The position numbers and the translations under genes are program-made. The notes beneath the pieces were generated by a model. That model did no database searches. It was not told the DNA's origin and worked only from the letters and a program-made list of their open reading frames with translations. Shown here piece after piece: positions 59,679-64,000 of a DNA stretch of 64,000 nt. Each line of letters begins with the position of its first letter. The stretch's first letter is position 1. This DNA comes from the human T2T-CHM13v2.0 reference genome, Homo sapiens: the NCBI RefSeq assembly GCF_009914755.1, contig NC_060931.1; one strand, 5' to 3'.

Positions 59679-61758
59679 TCAAATTATAAAATAGTATCTA
59701 TCCCCTAAATTTTAATTAAATGTCAGATTTTCTGTATTTTTGGCTTATTTTTGTATTTAAGATACATTAGGTAAAAATAAAGATCTTTTTTAACATAGAA
59801 AAATACTAGCAAGATGAATGTCTAATTGTGTATTTGGCATCAAACAAGGAAGAGAATGGAAAAACAGAAAAAAAAAAGAGAGAGAAGGGGTGGTGAACAT
59901 CTGGGGTGGTTTCTTTTCTGGAAACAGGAACAAGGTCATATCCCACCCAGTGAGAAGAAATGACCCCCTAAAAAATGTAAGTGATCTTGCTTGACCTGTG
60001 ACGCGAGCATGGGGATGACCTCGGCTGTTTAACTGCAATGTGTGTTTCTTGTTAGAAAAAGTGAGAGAGTTGTGCTCTGCCATAAAAGAATGTGAGGAAT
60101 ATGAAGGTGCTAAAAAGCAGAAGAAGGAAGTGGAGCATGGGGAACTTGATACAAGCTATGGAAAAATGAAATATTAAGTTAGCCCTGACTTTAGAAATGT
60201 TTGGTAGAAAAGAAAGATACAAGGAAATACATGTATGTATACTCTTGTATGTTTACCCCCACACACAGCACATACACATATATTCTTGTTGCTGTGTTTA
60301 ATTGTGAGGATCAATTCTTTCTCTGATAATCTCTTAAACTTTTATCGTTAAAATCATGATATAGACCTGGAAGAGAATAGGTCTGTGGGTATATCTCTAA
60401 TAGCTCAAAATATCCAATACGATTTTCCATGAACTCCTAGAGGCCCAAGTCTAAAATAACAAACTTGTGTTAGTTCAATTTTCAGTCCTTTTACATATAA
60501 CAATGCCACGTCAATGCCTTTATGCAATGCTTGACGGCATCCTCTTAATTTTTTATTCTATGAAATAAGTGGGCTCTCTGCTCAAAATATTAATAGCTGG
60601 AAAATTCCCCCATTACAATACAAATGAAAGTTAACTTTAAATGTCTTGACCTACATAAACTCCTAACATTTGTTTCATCTTTTAAAGTCTCTTTCATCCC
60701 TTTCTCTTCTCCAGCTCTCTCGATCCCCTCAACTCCCTTGAGGTCTTCTCCACAGAGCCCCATTATTTAATAACAGCGTACCCAGCAAACAGCTGTGGAA
60801 GGGAAGAATTGGATTGAAATTCAAGGCCAAACCAGGACAGAAATTTTGGGTACAATCTCAAATCTGTTGGTATAAAGAAAACTGAAAATTTTTGAGTTTT
60901 CAATTTTGCTATTACTAAATGGTGGTGATTTAGGGTTTGTTACATCAGTTTTATTACAGAAATATAAGGAAGATAAAGTGGAAAGATTTGGGTTTGTCAA
61001 GTTATTTGTAATAAAAATCTTATTTATTCAGTTTCGTTATGAGTCAAGGGTTCGGTTTATCTGTTTCAAAAGTCCCTGATTCGTACTTTATAGGGCCATG
61101 ATTTGTCAACAGTCCAATGAACTCAAATAAACCGACATATTTATTTTATAGGATGTTGTCTGCATGAATGGAGATGAAATTACTAGTAAATTGTCAACTA
61201 AAAAATACAGAACTGGAAAATGATAAGCCTTCCTCTAAGCCCACCATCATATATTCTCATGAAAATCTGAGGCATTATTATTATTCTTTCAGTTACACAC
61301 AATGTTTAAGAAGAAAGTCAACTATAACAAATGATTTAGTTAAATCTTGGAGAGCACACTGGATAAAAATTTTCTCTTGCTTCCCCCTTCCCCCAGGGTT
61401 TCCCTCCTGCCATCTCAAAGCAGGATGAGCTAGTTGACATTGAGTAGTTAAAATCAAACTTAATATTAAGAATATATAGTTATATTTGAAATATATAAAT
61501 AAAAGTGTTACTAGAAGTGATTATCCAGTAACTTGTGGTAGCACCTATCTTAGGTACTTATTCATCATCTCACCATGGATTTTCTCCTTATTTTCCTTTT
61601 ACCATCCTGCTATTCTCCACCAGAGGGCAGGCAGGGGCAAGGACAAGGCAACCTTGTCAGGCAATCTGGTTAAAAAAAAAAAAAAAAAAGTTTGATAGGA
61701 CAGGAAGTGAAAAATATTGCCTAAAATAAGGTTTGAAGATTATCTGCCAATTTTGTAT

Positions 61759-61797
61759 ATTTTTCCATATCCCCATCTCTCCTTGATATGGAAAAAT
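61759..61797. repeat. Perfect 13-bp inverted repeat with 13-nt spacer
   Basis: atttttccatatc - cccatctctcctt - gatatggaaaaat. Confidence 0.9.
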
Positions 61798-64000
61798 GAG
61801 GATTGGCACTTATTGTGAGCAATTTGAGTAAAGTATTTTCCGTGCATCTGGGTTCACTGGTGAAACATGAATGATCAAAGTTCAACATGTTGCATCAATT
61901 TCTTTTCACCTGGCAAAATGAGTTTTTGTGCCAGTTTTTAAACCTTGTGTTTTCTGTAGTTACTTCCTGTGAGTCGAATGGTTATATTAAATATGAGTAA
62001 CAATTTATAATTTTACTCTGACAGAAATTACTTCAAAATTACATTCCTATATATATATTTATATGATTTGGCTGTATATCTGATCTAGAATTTGTAAAGA
62101 AGATCTGGATTTTACTGTAGACATGCAACTAATTTACTAGGGTACTATAGTTATATAAGCAACTCGGTTTCTACTGTGTCATTATAAATGAAGACTAGAA
62201 TTCTAGAGAAATCATACGGAAGATTCTGTGAACTGTACTTGTTTTTCCTCCAGAAAGGCACTAAGAATGTGTAATGAATCATTAGTAAAATGGCACTATG
62301 GGTACATGAACGAACCTAAAAGAACAAATCTTTTTTTAAAGACTGATTTCATTTTAAAATTCCAGATAACAAAATTTTAAAGCAACCAAAAAATCAAGTA
62401 TCTTATTTTTTTCTGGTAATTCATAAATTCTAAACATTTAAATATGACTAACATAAATTTTATGGTAACTATAAAAAGTGTATCTTTTGATTAAGAAAAA
62501 CTTTAAAGAATAATTTAAAGGCTAACAGATTGCATCCTTCAATATCTACTTTAATTAACCGACTGCCATTACTCACTTTACATTTCCTTTCACATCACAT
62601 TGTACTCATCTTAAATGGAATCAAAACTTTGACATGCACTGACATTGACTTCATTAAATGCAACGTTTTGACATTTTTGAAGGTCTTTTTTTATTTCATA
62701 CTAATAAATGGAAAGGGTTTTGAATTTCAATGGCTGAAAGGAAGTCAGATTTTAGTTATATGAATCCAGGGTAACTTCATTCATGGATCAAAAAGACCCC
62801 TTGGGGCTTACAAAATCTTTATTATTTTCAAGCTACAAAAAAATAGTTTGGTAGAGAACTGGATAATAGGAAACATATTCTTCTGCAATCAATGCACTTT
62901 GGGGTGGTTTCCAGCTGTGAGACAGTCACTCAAACTTAAAAGTTCTCCAAAGTTCTCCTTGGCCTGGAGCCCAATTTCACTTATAACAGAATATGACTGT
63001 GTAAAAAAAAAAAAGCATTACAAAATATGGCAATTTGTGTTACCTTGCTAAAAAGTTAATATGGTTTATGGCACTATTAAGGATTGTTAATGCTTCAAAT
63101 AGTTAGATTTTAATGTTTAGAATTAGCACAATTTAAGTTTTCACCTACTATTTTAGATTGTACTAGTTCTTATAGGCTGAGGAATATGTCCCTAAACTAA
63201 GATTTCTACTTTATTATGCTAAGTATGCCACATTGGAAAGGGCTGTTGGAGAAACATAAATTATTCAGTTAGTGTATAAAATATTATTACAATAAGTTAT
63301 AATCATAACAGAGGTAATGAACTCTTTGTATAAAATAGTTTGCAATATTAAATGCATACGTTACAATCATGAGAAATAATCATTAAAGCATACTGAATTT
63401 TGGTGAATTTTAATATAGAAAGTTGTACAAAGATCTACACTTAAAATTATTCAAAAACGAAATAATTATAAAGTGATTCCAAAAAATAAGTTTCCATTTG
63501 TAATTTTGCAGTTCACCCATCACTAATAGGACAAATCTACTAGTAATGATGATGACATTCATATATTACAATATCTTATTATCCAGTCTAGTTATCTAGT
63601 TGTTAACAGTCTTGTGAGAGGTGAGGACATAATTTATATTCCCTTATGACAGACTGTTCTGCGGCCATAAAACGTGGGAATCCTTGTTTGACATGACTTG
63701 TCTTCAAAAGCCAAGCCCATCTATTTGGAAGAAACCTTGAATCACCAATTTTATCACATGGTAAAAAGTTAAAATAGGCATTTACCATTACTTATAAATA
63801 TAGTTCAAAATATTTAATCTAAAAGTGACAGTGCCAGTGGTGAATAAAACTTTATTTAGATGGGCTAATCAATTAAACTCTAAAAGAACAGGACTCTAGT
63901 TGATTTGTTTTAAAACTAGTAAGGATGTTCTGAAATAAATCAGTAAAGTATACTAGTTTTTTTTTTCTTATGAAGCCTATAAGAAGGACACTATAATTAC

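Noticed and set aside
62577-62700. Minus-strand segment with a strong gtgagt donor
   Set aside because: All frames closed with either plausible acceptor. It could only be a non-coding exon, and there is no further support.
63603-63788. 61-aa minus-strand ORF near the right edge
   Set aside because: No recognisable domain and no convincing donor site.

Overview
This is AT-rich primate genomic DNA (Alu, L1PA and L1PB elements; probably human or another catarrhine, since AluY-type copies are present). It is dominated by transposon relics, and I recognise no intact protein-coding gene, RNA gene or CRISPR array. About 10-44 kb is a dense LINE-1 block: an inverted L1MA, a near-full-length L1PB (+), a full-length old L1PA (-) carrying a nested younger L1PA, and a full-length L1PB (+) with an exact 12-bp target-site duplication (TSD). 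The last two sit head to head. There are also about 13 Alu copies or fragments, L2/MIR relics, an MLT1 LTR, Tigger3/MER58A/MER5A DNA transposons and microsatellites. Nearly all ORFs in the track are repeat-derived or chance. I found no convincing new biological system. The best leads are: (1) three minus-strand micro-exon-like segments that join into one open frame, gene unidentified; (2) a young L1 inserted almost in register inside a homologous old L1; (3) a composite Alu + L1 snippet + Alu-tail insertion resembling a 3' transduction; (4) a ~55-nt Alu with a 19-bp TSD. Subfamily names come from recalled consensus motifs, not from a database run.
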